Origin: Candidatus Pacearchaeota archaeon
Lineage (GTDB): Archaea; Nanobdellota; Nanobdellia; Pacearchaeales; GW2011-AR1
Direction of reading: 5' to 3'
NCBI GenBank assembly: GCA_017608405.1
Contig: JAFCFX010000001.1
Span: forward strand, 7,667-71,666
Length of the DNA: 64,000 nt
The position numbers and the translations under genes were made by a program. Under the pieces are notes generated by a model that ran no database searches, was not told the DNA's origin, and saw only the letters and a program-made list of their open reading frames with translations. Position 1 is the stretch's first letter; every line of letters begins with the position of its first letter. This document shows, in pieces, positions 26,484 to 36,003 of this stretch.

Positions 26484-27494
26484 ATGGAAAAGTGGGTGAT
26501 AGTTTCAGCAGTGAGTATTCTTTTGTTCCTTGTTGTGGGGGGCATTTGGATGTTTCAACCTTTTTGGAAACTTTTTACTTGTGGAGATGGAACACTTTAT
26601 GGAACCTGCTCTTCAAGACAACCTTATTTTTGCGGTCAGGGGTTTCTTGTAGAAAATGCCTCTTTTTGTGGATGTCCTGAAATCTTAACTTTAGAAGAAA
26701 ATTCTTGTATTTCTGATTATCAAACAAAACCAAGGAAAACTCTTTTGAAATATATTTTAAGAGGCAAAGAAAATTATATTGATTTTACTGCTTATGGGGG
26801 CCTAGTTGATTATTTATTAGATCTTTCTCCAAATGTTGTTTTTGATGAGCAAGGAGAAGTTTCTTTTAGAGATTTGAAAATTAGAAATATTAATCTCGTG
26901 GAACAAGAATATTTGATTTTACCTTTAGTCACACAAATACAAAATCTTGTTCATGATAAAACAGATCAGATGAGGATTGCTATTAGTTTGGTTCAACATA
27001 TTCCCTATAATGAGTCTGAGAAGATTGTTAGGGTAAGGAATCAAAATTTTAATTATTCTAGATATGCTTATGAGGTTCTTTATGAATCACAAGCTGCTTG
27101 TGGAGGCAAGTCAGAGCTTTTGGCTTTTTTATTAAAAGAAATTGGTTATGGTGTTGTTTTGTTTTATTATCCTGTTGAAGATCATATTGCTGTTGGAGTG
27201 AAATGTCCTCTGGAATATAGTTTAGATAATAGTGGATATTGTTTTATTGAAACTACAGGACCAGCAATAATTACAAATAATCAAAATTACTATATTGGTT
27301 GGGGTAAGCTTAGTCCTAATCCTGAAATAATTTCAATTTCTGAAGGATATTCTTTAGATGATGATTTATATGAATATGATGATGCTGACAAAAGAATTAA
27401 GATTTCTGCAGTCATTGAAGAAAAAGGAGAGATTAATTGGTTTCAGAGTAAAGAATTGAGTAAATTAAAACAAAAATATGGTTTAGAGTTTTAG
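26484..27494 (+). CDS. Membrane-anchored transglutaminase-like protein
   Basis: N-terminal TM, Cys-rich segment, YEVLY...ACGGKSELLAFLL...DHIAVG...FIETT. Confidence 0.75.
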   Translation: MEKWVIVSAVSILLFLVVGGIWMFQPFWKLFTCGDGTLYGTCSSRQPYFCGQGFLVENASFCGCPEILTLEENSCISDYQTKPRKTLLKYILRGKENYIDFTAYGGLVDYLLDLSPNVVFDEQGEVSFRDLKIRNINLVEQEYLILPLVTQIQNLVHDKTDQMRIAISLVQHIPYNESEKIVRVRNQNFNYSRYAYEVLYESQAACGGKSELLAFLLKEIGYGVVLFYYPVEDHIAVGVKCPLEYSLDNSGYCFIETTGPAIITNNQNYYIGWGKLSPNPEIISISEGYSLDDDLYEYDDADKRIKISAVIEEKGEINWFQSKELSKLKQKYGLEF

Positions 27495-27495
27495 A

Positions 27496-29181
27496 TTATT
27501 CTAAAACAGCTTTTATTCTTCGAACACCTGCACTAGAAGAAGTTTGTTTTTGTATTTTAAATCTCTTTAGTTCGCTTGTGTTTCTAACGTGTGGGCCTGC
27601 ACAAATCTCTTTTGAAAAATTTCCAATACAATAAACAGAGATTTTATTTCCATATTTTTCGTCAAAAGAACCAAGAGCTCCTTTTTTCTTTGCTTCTTCA
27701 GGAGACATTATTTTCCTTGTAATTTCACAGCATTTTTCAATTTGTTTGTTGACTGTGTCTTCTACTTTTTTTATTTCTTGTTGTGTTAGTTTTCTTGGAA
27801 AAGAAAAATCTAATCTTAATCTCTCTGCAGTTATGTTGCTCCCTCTCTGCACAATGTTTTCATCTTTTAGCACTTTTCTTAATGCTGTTAATAATAAGTG
27901 AGCTGCAGTATGGAGTTTAGTAGTTGCTTGGGAATCGTCTGCCAATCCCGATTTGAATTTGCCTGCCGTAGCTGTTCTCGACAATTTTTGATGTTTTTGC
28001 AATTCTTTTTCGTAATATTTTTCATTTATTTTAATTTTATTTTCTTTAGCAAGTTCTTTTGTCATTTCTAGTGGAAAACCGTAACTTTGGTATAATAAGA
28101 AAGTTTGTTTTCCCGAAAGGATTTTTTTATTTGAAGTGAATTTTTTAAATTTGTTTAAACCTTTTTCAATTGTTCTACTGAATTTTTCTTCTTCTTTTTT
28201 AAGTTCTTCTAAAATGTTTTTTTTATTTTTTAGTTCAGGATAATCATCATAAATATGGAAAATAGGTTCAGCTATTTTTGTGAGTGATTCTTTTATGTTT
28301 AATTTTCTTTTATATCTTACAGCTCTCCTAATCAACCTCCTTAATACATATCCTTGTTCTAGATTACTGGGGGTGATTTTGTTTGCAATCATAAATACAG
28401 AGGCTTTGACATGGTCTGCTATTATTCTCATTTCTTTTTTATGTTGTGTATATTTCTTTTTTGATAAATTTTCTATTTCATTAATTATTGGTTTAAATAT
28501 GTCTGTTAGGTAATTATCTTTTAGATTGTTTAAAATTGCGATTGTTCTTTCAACCCCCATCCCAGTGTCTATGTTTTTTTGTTTTGCTTGCTTATAGTTT
28601 CCTTTTGAGTCTTTGTTATATTCCATAAAAACATTATTCCATATTTCAAATCCATTCACAAACATTTCTGTGTCAGGCCCACAAGGTCCTGTTTTTCCTG
28701 CAGGCCCCCACCAATTATCTTTCTTTCCTAAAAATTTTATTTTTTTTATTGCATGATCTCCCCATATTTGTGCAGATTCTGTATCTTTTTTAGCATTTTT
28801 ATCTCCCTTAAAACATGTTACTAATATTTGGCTTTTTTTGATTTTCAATATTTTGGTTAAGAATTCAACACTATATTCAATAGCTTCTTGCTTCCAATAA
28901 TCTCCTAAACTCCAATTACCTAGCATTTCAAAAAAAGTGTGGTGGTGGGGGTCTCCGACTTCTCCTATGTCTCGTGTTCTTATGCATTTTTGCACATTTA
29001 CAAGACGTTTGCCCTGGGCATGAGATTGTCCTAATAAATAAGGAACTATTGGGTGCATTCCTGCTGTTGTGAATAAGACTGTTGGATCATTTTCAGGAAT
29101 AAGTGGAGCATTCGGAATCTCTTTATGATTTTTAGATTTAAAAAATTCAATATATTCCTTGATTAATTGTTTCCGATTCAT
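27496..29181 (-). CDS. alaS: Alanyl-tRNA synthetase (compact, no C-Ala domain)
   Basis: FTTAGM; QKCIRT; FFEMLGNWS; GPCGPDTE; DTGMGVER; editing HTAAH and CAGPH. Confidence 0.96.
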   Translation of the reverse strand: MNRKQLIKEYIEFFKSKNHKEIPNAPLIPENDPTVLFTTAGMHPIVPYLLGQSHAQGKRLVNVQKCIRTRDIGEVGDPHHHTFFEMLGNWSLGDYWKQEAIEYSVEFLTKILKIKKSQILVTCFKGDKNAKKDTESAQIWGDHAIKKIKFLGKKDNWWGPAGKTGPCGPDTEMFVNGFEIWNNVFMEYNKDSKGNYKQAKQKNIDTGMGVERTIAILNNLKDNYLTDIFKPIINEIENLSKKKYTQHKKEMRIIADHVKASVFMIANKITPSNLEQGYVLRRLIRRAVRYKRKLNIKESLTKIAEPIFHIYDDYPELKNKKNILEELKKEEEKFSRTIEKGLNKFKKFTSNKKILSGKQTFLLYQSYGFPLEMTKELAKENKIKINEKYYEKELQKHQKLSRTATAGKFKSGLADDSQATTKLHTAAHLLLTALRKVLKDENIVQRGSNITAERLRLDFSFPRKLTQQEIKKVEDTVNKQIEKCCEITRKIMSPEEAKKKGALGSFDEKYGNKISVYCIGNFSKEICAGPHVRNTSELKRFKIQKQTSSSAGVRRIKAVLE

Positions 29182-29221
29182 TGTAGTTTAAAGAAGAAGA
29201 GATATTTTAAAAATTGTGTGG

Positions 29222-29578
29222 TTAATGTAATTTTCTTAGTTTGTTTTGAATATTTTGAAGTTCGAGTTCTATGCTTTCATCGTAAGGCTCATCTCTTTTT
29301 TTTGGTTTTGGTTTTTTTTCAACTTCTTCGTCATCTTTTAGGATCTCTGGAATTTGCATTTTTGGGAGTATTTTTTGTAGTTTACTCATGTTTGTTTTTG
29401 TTTCTGCTAACTTTCTATGGAGTTTAATCTTAGTTTGTAGTTCTTCACCCCTAAAGGAATGATATCTCTTTAAGATCTTTATCATTTTCAATAAATCCAT
29501 TTCTGATTTAAGAACATCTCTTTTTGATTGGATTGCTTCGCTTCTTTCGAGTTTAATATGGATTAGGTTTTTTGCCAT
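29222..29578 (-). CDS. Hypothetical coiled-coil protein
   Basis: ATG 29578 immediately follows the upstream stop at 29580. Confidence 0.7.
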   Translation of the reverse strand: MAKNLIHIKLERSEAIQSKRDVLKSEMDLLKMIKILKRYHSFRGEELQTKIKLHRKLAETKTNMSKLQKILPKMQIPEILKDDEEVEKKPKPKKRDEPYDESIELELQNIQNKLRKLH

Positions 29579-29579
29579 T

Positions 29580-30152
29580 TTATTCAACCTTAGAAAAAAT
29601 GTCTTGGTCCACTTTCTCAATTTGTGCCTTGATTGCTTGGATTTCTGCTTCCCATGCTGATAATTCTTTTTCCTCTTCTTCTTTCAACTTCTTTATGTCA
29701 TGCAACATTTTTTCGATTTCGTGGACTTTCTTTTTTGTTTTTTCAAAAACATGCAACCCCTCTTCGAATTTATCTATTCTGATGAAGATTGGTTCATTTT
29801 TTCTCACAATTTTAGCAACTTCTTCAAATTCTTTTGGAATTCTTCCTCCTGAAAGTTCTTTTGTTCTAGGAATTTTAAGAGGTTTTTGCATCCTTTGCAA
29901 CTCATCTTCTGCAAACTCATCTGCATCAAAAACCTCTTCACCTTCTTTTTTCCCAGTTATAGCTTCTTTTATAGTATTTTGTGAGAATTTTTCTCCAAGA
30001 GAAGTATTTGGAAAGCTGGGTAGTTGAGGAATTGACGGCTGCGAATTATTTTCTCCTATTTTTGGCAATTCTGGCAATCTTGGTAATTCTGGCAAGGATT
30101 GGCCTGGCCCCTTTTTCTCTTCTTTTTTTTCGTTTTTACTAAACCACCCCAT
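29580..30152 (-). CDS. Hypothetical protein (Pro-rich N-terminus, coiled-coil C-terminus)
   Basis: LPELPRLPELP; EPIFIRIDKF followed by heptad pattern. Confidence 0.75.
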   Translation of the reverse strand: MGWFSKNEKKEEKKGPGQSLPELPRLPELPKIGENNSQPSIPQLPSFPNTSLGEKFSQNTIKEAITGKKEGEEVFDADEFAEDELQRMQKPLKIPRTKELSGGRIPKEFEEVAKIVRKNEPIFIRIDKFEEGLHVFEKTKKKVHEIEKMLHDIKKLKEEEEKELSAWEAEIQAIKAQIEKVDQDIFSKVE

Positions 30153-30286
30153 TTGATATATCCTTTTTTATATAGTCTTTATAATATATATAAAATAGAA
30201 TACAGGTTTAAAAACTTTTATTTTTTTAAAAATTGTTAAAATTACTAACCGAAAGTTATTTAATTGAATTTTTTTTAATATTTAGA

Positions 30287-31192
30287 ATGCTAAATAAGTT
30301 TCTAAAGGATGTTATAATTATTGTTGTTGGTAAACAAGTAGAAGACATTGCTGATCTGCTTAATGCAAAGAAACATGTAAATGAGTTTATAATTGCAAAG
30401 AAATTGGACCTAACAATAAATCAAACCAGAAATATTCTTTATAAAATTTCAGATCATGGGTTAGTTTCCTCAATTAGGAAAAAAGATAAGCGAAAAGGAT
30501 GGTATACTTACTTTTGGAAAATTGAAATTTTGAAGGCTTTAGAATTTTTAAAAGAAATTTTGATTAAGAAGAAATTACAGATCTTAAACCAAATTAAAAG
30601 CCGAGAAACAAAGCAATTTTATGTTTGTGAAAGATGCAATATTGAGTTTAATGAAGAAAATGCATTACTTCATAACTTTACTTGTGATGAGTGTGGGGGA
30701 ATTTTCTCTTTAAAAGATAATTCTAAAGTTTTAAAAGAATTTAAGAGACATTTAGAGAAAATTAATAGAGAATTATCTTTAGTTAACTCAGAAATTGAAA
30801 AAGAATTATTAAAAATAGAAAAACAAAGACAAAAGCAACTGGCAAAACAGAAAAGAGAAAAAGCAAAGAAAACCAAGGCCAGCATTGCTAAGAGGAGGAA
30901 AACTGCCGCACTAAAGGCAAAGGCGAAGGGCAAGGGGGTTAAGAAGAAAGTTAAGAAACCCATAAAAAAGACTAAGAAAAAGAAATTTGTTAAAAAGAAA
31001 TCAAGGGTTGTGAAGAAAAAAAAGCTAGTAAAAAAGATTAAGAAAAAGAAAATTGTAAAGAAGAAGTTAAAGAAGAAACTTAAAAAGAAACCAGGAAAAA
31101 AGAAAAAAATTATGAAGGAGAAGTTTGCTAAAAAGAAGCTAAAGGTTGTGAAGAAACCATTTAAGAAAATTAAAAAAGCTAGAAAAAAGTAA
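30287..31192 (+). CDS. tfe: Transcription factor E (alpha) with long Lys-rich tail
   Basis: wHTH EFIIAKKLDLTINQTRNILYKI...GWYTYFW; CERC...FTCDECG Zn ribbon. Confidence 0.92.
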   Translation: MLNKFLKDVIIIVVGKQVEDIADLLNAKKHVNEFIIAKKLDLTINQTRNILYKISDHGLVSSIRKKDKRKGWYTYFWKIEILKALEFLKEILIKKKLQILNQIKSRETKQFYVCERCNIEFNEENALLHNFTCDECGGIFSLKDNSKVLKEFKRHLEKINRELSLVNSEIEKELLKIEKQRQKQLAKQKREKAKKTKASIAKRRKTAALKAKAKGKGVKKKVKKPIKKTKKKKFVKKKSRVVKKKKLVKKIKKKKIVKKKLKKKLKKKPGKKKKIMKEKFAKKKLKVVKKPFKKIKKARKK

Positions 31193-31199
31193 TTCTAAA

Positions 31200-31889
31200 A
31201 TGCCAGGCATTTATCAAATTTACCATAAAAAGAAAAAAAATTTATGGGAAAAATTTACTATTAATACAAATATAATAATATTAAATATTGTGTGTTATTT
31301 TATTTTTTATGTTTTGCTTTTATCTGGGGTTCTTTCTATTGATTCTATAGCAATTAAGCCAGCAAATATTCTTCAAGGAAAATATATTTGGACTTTTTTA
31401 ACAAGTATGTTTATGCATGGGGGAATTTGGCATTTATTTGTAAATATGTTGTCTTTGTTTTTTGTTGGGTCTTTATTGCAAAAGATTTTAGGAGCAAAAA
31501 GATATTTGAAATTTTATTTACTTTCTGGCTTATTTGCAGGTTTGCTCTTTGTTTTGATGAGTCTGGTTTGGATGTCTGATTTTAATGCTTATGCTGTCGG
31601 TGCTTCTGGGGCTTTATTTGGATTAATTGGACTCTTGGTTTTGCTGACCCCCAATCTTCCTGTATATTTGATGTTTATTCCGATTCCAATAAAGATGAAG
31701 TATGCGGGCCCAGGAATGTTGATTGTATTATGGTTAATTTCTCAAGCACCTCTTCTTTTCGGGGGAGAGCAAATTTCTATTGGGCATACTGCTCATTTAG
31801 GGGGTTTTGTTGCTGGACTTGCCTATGGAATCTATTTGAGAAACAAATATAAAAACAAGACTCGTATGATAAGCAAGCATTTTAGGTAA
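31200..31889 (+). CDS. Rhomboid intramembrane serine protease
   Basis: TSMFMHGGIWHLFVNM; GASG; AHLGG. Confidence 0.95.
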   Translation: MPGIYQIYHKKKKNLWEKFTINTNIIILNIVCYFIFYVLLLSGVLSIDSIAIKPANILQGKYIWTFLTSMFMHGGIWHLFVNMLSLFFVGSLLQKILGAKRYLKFYLLSGLFAGLLFVLMSLVWMSDFNAYAVGASGALFGLIGLLVLLTPNLPVYLMFIPIPIKMKYAGPGMLIVLWLISQAPLLFGGEQISIGHTAHLGGFVAGLAYGIYLRNKYKNKTRMISKHFR

Positions 31890-31893
31890 AAAG

Positions 31894-32493
31894 ATGGTGA
31901 AAAAGAAAGAAAAGCCTTTTAGTTTGAAAAAGCAATATAGAAAAAGTTGGGATTATATTAAGGAATCGAAGAATTTTATTTACATAATTGTGGGGTTTTT
32001 TTTAATCTTTGCTTTAATTGGTTTTTTTGTTCCTGCACCAGAAGCCCTTTCTGAGCAAATTATGAAGTTGATTCAACAACTTTTAGAACAAACAAAAGGA
32101 ATGTCTAATGGAGAATTAATAAAATTTATTTTCTTTAATAATTTGAAAAGTAGTTTTTTTGGATTTTTATTTGGCCTTGTCCTTGGAATTTTTCCTGTAA
32201 TCGGAGCTATTACTAATGGATATTTATTGGGTTTTGTTGCTACCATGGCTACTCAAACAGAAAGCATTTGGGTTTTAGCTAGAATTTTACCTCATGGGAT
32301 TTTTGAATTGCCTGCTGTTTTTATTTCTTTTGGATTGGGACTGAGGTTTGGCATGTTTATTTTTAAGAAAAATAAAATAAAAACATTAAAAGAAACTTTT
32401 TGGAACTCTTTAAGGGTTTTTTTGTTGGTAGTTCTTCCGCTTCTAATTATCGCAGCCATCATAGAAGCAACCCTTATTTCTATTTCAGGATAA
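31894..32493 (+). CDS. SpoIIM-family membrane protein
   Basis: IFFNN; NGYLLG; ILPHGIFELPA; AAIIE. Confidence 0.9.
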   Translation: MVKKKEKPFSLKKQYRKSWDYIKESKNFIYIIVGFFLIFALIGFFVPAPEALSEQIMKLIQQLLEQTKGMSNGELIKFIFFNNLKSSFFGFLFGLVLGIFPVIGAITNGYLLGFVATMATQTESIWVLARILPHGIFELPAVFISFGLGLRFGMFIFKKNKIKTLKETFWNSLRVFLLVVLPLLIIAAIIEATLISISG

Positions 32494-32709
32494 TTAATCT
32501 CTTAAATCACTAATTCCAAGCATTAGTAAAAGAAAACCAATCATAACTACAAACCAGAAAATTCCTCCCTTGAGAAATATCCACGCAGCACTTAAAAAAT
32601 TAAGACTTTTTCCGAATAATGTCCAAGAATATATTGATGAACACCAAGCAATCAAAATTATCCCCACTAAGAGAACAAGCCCCAATAAGATTTCTACCCA
32701 TTTATTCAT
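32494..32709 (-). CDS. Small membrane protein
   Basis: 71 aa with two TM segments. Confidence 0.7.
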   Translation of the reverse strand: MNKWVEILLGLVLLVGIILIAWCSSIYSWTLFGKSLNFLSAAWIFLKGGIFWFVVMIGFLLLMLGISDLRD

Positions 32710-32802
32710 TGTATTATTTTTTGTTGTTCTTCATTTAAAAAGATTTTTGTGATTAAATATATGTTACAAAACTCTTAAAAACCCGGTTATAATCAATAAG
32801 AT

Positions 32803-32850
32803 ATGGAAACTGAGATGATTTGTAAGTCATTAGCAATTCCAATTTTGTAA
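32803..32850 (+). CDS. Putative leader peptide METEMICKSLAIPIL
   Basis: ATG...TAA 15-codon ORF ~25 nt after CTTAAAAA, followed by the palindrome TTCTAGCTAGAA, 38 nt before dys. Confidence 0.45.
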   Translation: METEMICKSLAIPIL

Positions 32851-32888
32851 TTCTAGCTAGAACTTTAATTAAAATACCTTATTATTTT

Positions 32889-33839
32889 ATGGCACAAGTT
32901 AAAGATTTTTTATGGAAACCTGGATTGTCTGTGGAAGAATTAGTTGAAAATATGGGAAATATTGGTTTTCAGAGTGTTGAGTTGAAAAAAGCAGCAGATG
33001 TTATTGTTAAGATGAAGAAAAATAATTCAGATATTTTTTTAACTTTTACTTCAAACATGGTTAGTTCTGGTTTAAGAGGCTTTTTTGCTCAGGTTATTAG
33101 GTTGGGTCTTTGCAATGTGATTGTTACAACTGCAGGAGCTATTGAAGAAGATATTATGAAAGCAACAGGCGAGAAATTTTTAATTGGAAAATTTGATAGT
33201 GATGATGTTGAATTGCATGAACGAGGAGTTAATAGGATTGGAAATTTGCTTTTAAAAAATGAAAGTTATATGAATTTTGAGACTTGGATTTATTCTGCTC
33301 TTGATAAATTTTATGCAAAAAAGAAAAAATGGAGTGTGTCTAGCCTTTTAAGGGAAATTGGGCTGATGATTGATGATAAAGATTCAATTTTATATCAGGC
33401 AGCTAAAAATAATATTCCTATTTTTTGTCCTGCAATAACAGATGGAGCAATTGGATTTCATCTTTATTTATTTCAACAAAAACATAAAGATTTTGAAATA
33501 GATGTTGTCAATGATTTTGGGAATATTTTACTTTCAACTAGTTTTGATGCAAAGAAAGCGGTTATTGCTCTTGGGGGGGGCATTTCAAAACACCACGCTA
33601 TTTTATGCACTTTGTTAAATGGAGGAGCTGAATATGCAGTCTATATGACCACCGCACATAAAACTTCAGGAAGTATGTCTGGAGCCACGACTAGCGAAGC
33701 AAAGTCTTGGGGGAAGATTAAGGATGATAGTGATGTAGCAACTGTGATAGGAGATGTTACTGTTATGTTTCCCTTGGTGATGATTAAAGCCCTAGAAGAA
33801 TTAAATAGAGAAGGCTTTTTGAAAAATGCAACCTCCTAA
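32889..33839 (+). CDS. dys: Deoxyhypusine synthase-like protein
   Basis: TSNMVSSGLR; TTAGAIEED; NRIGN; CPAITDGAIG; GGGISKHH; SGA..SEAKSWGK (active Lys). Confidence 0.93.
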   Translation: MAQVKDFLWKPGLSVEELVENMGNIGFQSVELKKAADVIVKMKKNNSDIFLTFTSNMVSSGLRGFFAQVIRLGLCNVIVTTAGAIEEDIMKATGEKFLIGKFDSDDVELHERGVNRIGNLLLKNESYMNFETWIYSALDKFYAKKKKWSVSSLLREIGLMIDDKDSILYQAAKNNIPIFCPAITDGAIGFHLYLFQQKHKDFEIDVVNDFGNILLSTSFDAKKAVIALGGGISKHHAILCTLLNGGAEYAVYMTTAHKTSGSMSGATTSEAKSWGKIKDDSDVATVIGDVTVMFPLVMIKALEELNREGFLKNATS

Positions 33840-34878
33840 ATTTATTATTTCTAAGAAGAAAGTTCTAGAACAATATCATAAGGTTGAGGAAATTTGTGAT
33901 TTTGTTTCATATAGCTCTAAGACAAATCAAATTGTTACAAAAATATTAGAAGAAAACACAAATAGCTTGTTTAGTGTGCATTTTATGAATGAACTTAAAC
34001 ATATTAAAGATAATTCAAGAGTTTTATTTATTGCCCAGGCATGGACTCAATCTCAAATACAACATTTAGTAAATAAGGGAATAAATTCTTTTATTATAGA
34101 TAATGAAGTTGATTTAAACAAATTAGTTTTGTTTTTAGAAGGCACTGAGGTAAAGATTAATCTTTTTTTGAGAATTAAATTTAAAGAAAATACTATTAGG
34201 ACAGAAAGGTATTTTGTTTTTGGAATGAATTCTGAAATTGTAAATAAAAGAATAAGGGAATTGAGAAGTAATGAAGAAATAAAATCTAAAATAATGAGTT
34301 TAGGGATTCATTTTCATAGAAAGTCTCAAAATATTAGTGAGTGGAATCTAGAATCTGAAGTTGAAAGTATAATTGATAAAGATGTTTTTGATTTAATCGA
34401 TGTTGTGAATATTGGAGGAGGATTACCTTCAGAATATGCAAATACAAATGGAAATGTTGTTGGAGGAGCAATTAAAGGGATAAAAAATTTTAGACTTTGG
34501 CTAAACCAGAGAAAAATTAAGATGATTGTAGAACCTGGAAGATTCTTAGCTGCTTCTAGTACAAAACTGGTAACAGAAATTATTGGAATACATGGAAATA
34601 ATATTATTGTTAATGCATCTGTTTACGGGGGGAATATGGATGCTTTGATTATCCCTGTAAAATTGCTTGTTGAAGGAGAATTGACTGATCAAGACGACTT
34701 AGCAAAGCCATATGTTGTTAAGGGCATTACTCCTTGTTCCTTAGATTTATTTAGATATAAGGTTTATTTAAGAGAACCAAAACTTGGAGACAAAATTACT
34801 TTTCTCAATGCTGGAGCGTATAATTTCTCAACTGATTTTTGCGATTTAGATAAAATAGATTATGAGATTGTTGATTAG
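33826..34878 (+). CDS. Fold-type III PLP decarboxylase (ornithine/arginine/DAP family)
   Basis: YSSKTN; HFH; NIGGG; VEPGRF; GITPCSLD; NAGAY. Confidence 0.88.
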   Translation: MQPPKFIISKKKVLEQYHKVEEICDFVSYSSKTNQIVTKILEENTNSLFSVHFMNELKHIKDNSRVLFIAQAWTQSQIQHLVNKGINSFIIDNEVDLNKLVLFLEGTEVKINLFLRIKFKENTIRTERYFVFGMNSEIVNKRIRELRSNEEIKSKIMSLGIHFHRKSQNISEWNLESEVESIIDKDVFDLIDVVNIGGGLPSEYANTNGNVVGGAIKGIKNFRLWLNQRKIKMIVEPGRFLAASSTKLVTEIIGIHGNNIIVNASVYGGNMDALIIPVKLLVEGELTDQDDLAKPYVVKGITPCSLDLFRYKVYLREPKLGDKITFLNAGAYNFSTDFCDLDKIDYEIVD

Positions 34879-34920
34879 TTTTACATAAAAATTTATATAA
34901 TTCTGTGCTTTTTTTATTGT

Positions 34921-36003
34921 ATGGATATTAAAGTTAATCCTGAAAAAGACTTGGGGAAAAAAAAGAAAAATGCAGATGAAACAACTTTTATTGATGTCTT
35001 GAAGATTTTTTCACCAGGAACTGTTATGAGGACAGCATTTGATGATATTTTGCGTGCAAGAATGGGTGCCTTGGTTGTAGTGGATAAAGAAGGATTTTCT
35101 TCTATTTGTGAGGGAGGATTTAAAGTTAATTGTAAATTTAGTTCTCAAAGATTGGTAGAGCTTGCTAAAATGGATGGGGCAATTATTCTTTCTTCTGATA
35201 GAAAGAAAATACTTTCTGCTAATACCCTTTTAGTACCAAATATTAATTTACATACGAGTGAAACAGGCACAAGACACAGGGCAGCTGAAAGAACTTCTAA
35301 GCAATTTAAAACAATAGTGGTGGCTGTTTCTGAAAGAAGAAACAAGATTACTTTGTATTGGGGAGATGAAAAACATGTTTTGGAAAAAAGCTCTGAAATT
35401 TTAAGAAGAGCTACAGAGACACTACAAATATTAGAAAAACAAAAAGATATTTTTGAAGATGCTTTATTGCATTTGAATATTTTAGAAATAACTAATCTTG
35501 CAACTACAAGTGATGTTTGTAATGTTTTGCAAAGAATGGAGATTATTAGAAGAATTTCAGAAAGTGTAAAAAGATATTTAGTGGAGTTAGGAAAAGAAGG
35601 GATTATTGTTAGTATGAGATTAAAAGAATTAACAAGGAATTTGAGTTCAGAAAGAGAAATGATATTAATAGATTATTTTAAATCGCGTGCACCCAAAATT
35701 AAGACGCTTCTCAATAATATGAATTTTGATTTTTTATTGGAAACTTCTAATATTGTGAGGCTAATTTTTGAAAAACTCCATGACGAGTCTGTTTCTGGTA
35801 AAGGCGAAAGGATTTTAAGTAAGATAAATCTTCTTGAAAAAGAGAGAAGACTTTTAATGACTCATTTTAAAACCTTGGATAAGGTTTTTGATGCAGATAA
35901 AGAATCTCTCTTGGAAATTGTTCAGAGACAAGCAATTGTGGACTCATTAAAAGAAAAATTAGAAAATTTAAGAGAAAAAATTTTGAATGGGAAACGAATT
36001 TAA
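34921..36003 (+). CDS. disA: Diadenylate cyclase, DisA type
   Basis: PGTVMRTA...GALVV; ELAKMDGAIIL; ETGTRHRAAER; VSERR; linker and HhH-like C-terminus. Confidence 0.92.
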   Translation: MDIKVNPEKDLGKKKKNADETTFIDVLKIFSPGTVMRTAFDDILRARMGALVVVDKEGFSSICEGGFKVNCKFSSQRLVELAKMDGAIILSSDRKKILSANTLLVPNINLHTSETGTRHRAAERTSKQFKTIVVAVSERRNKITLYWGDEKHVLEKSSEILRRATETLQILEKQKDIFEDALLHLNILEITNLATTSDVCNVLQRMEIIRRISESVKRYLVELGKEGIIVSMRLKELTRNLSSEREMILIDYFKSRAPKIKTLLNNMNFDFLLETSNIVRLIFEKLHDESVSGKGERILSKINLLEKERRLLMTHFKTLDKVFDADKESLLEIVQRQAIVDSLKEKLENLREKILNGKRI

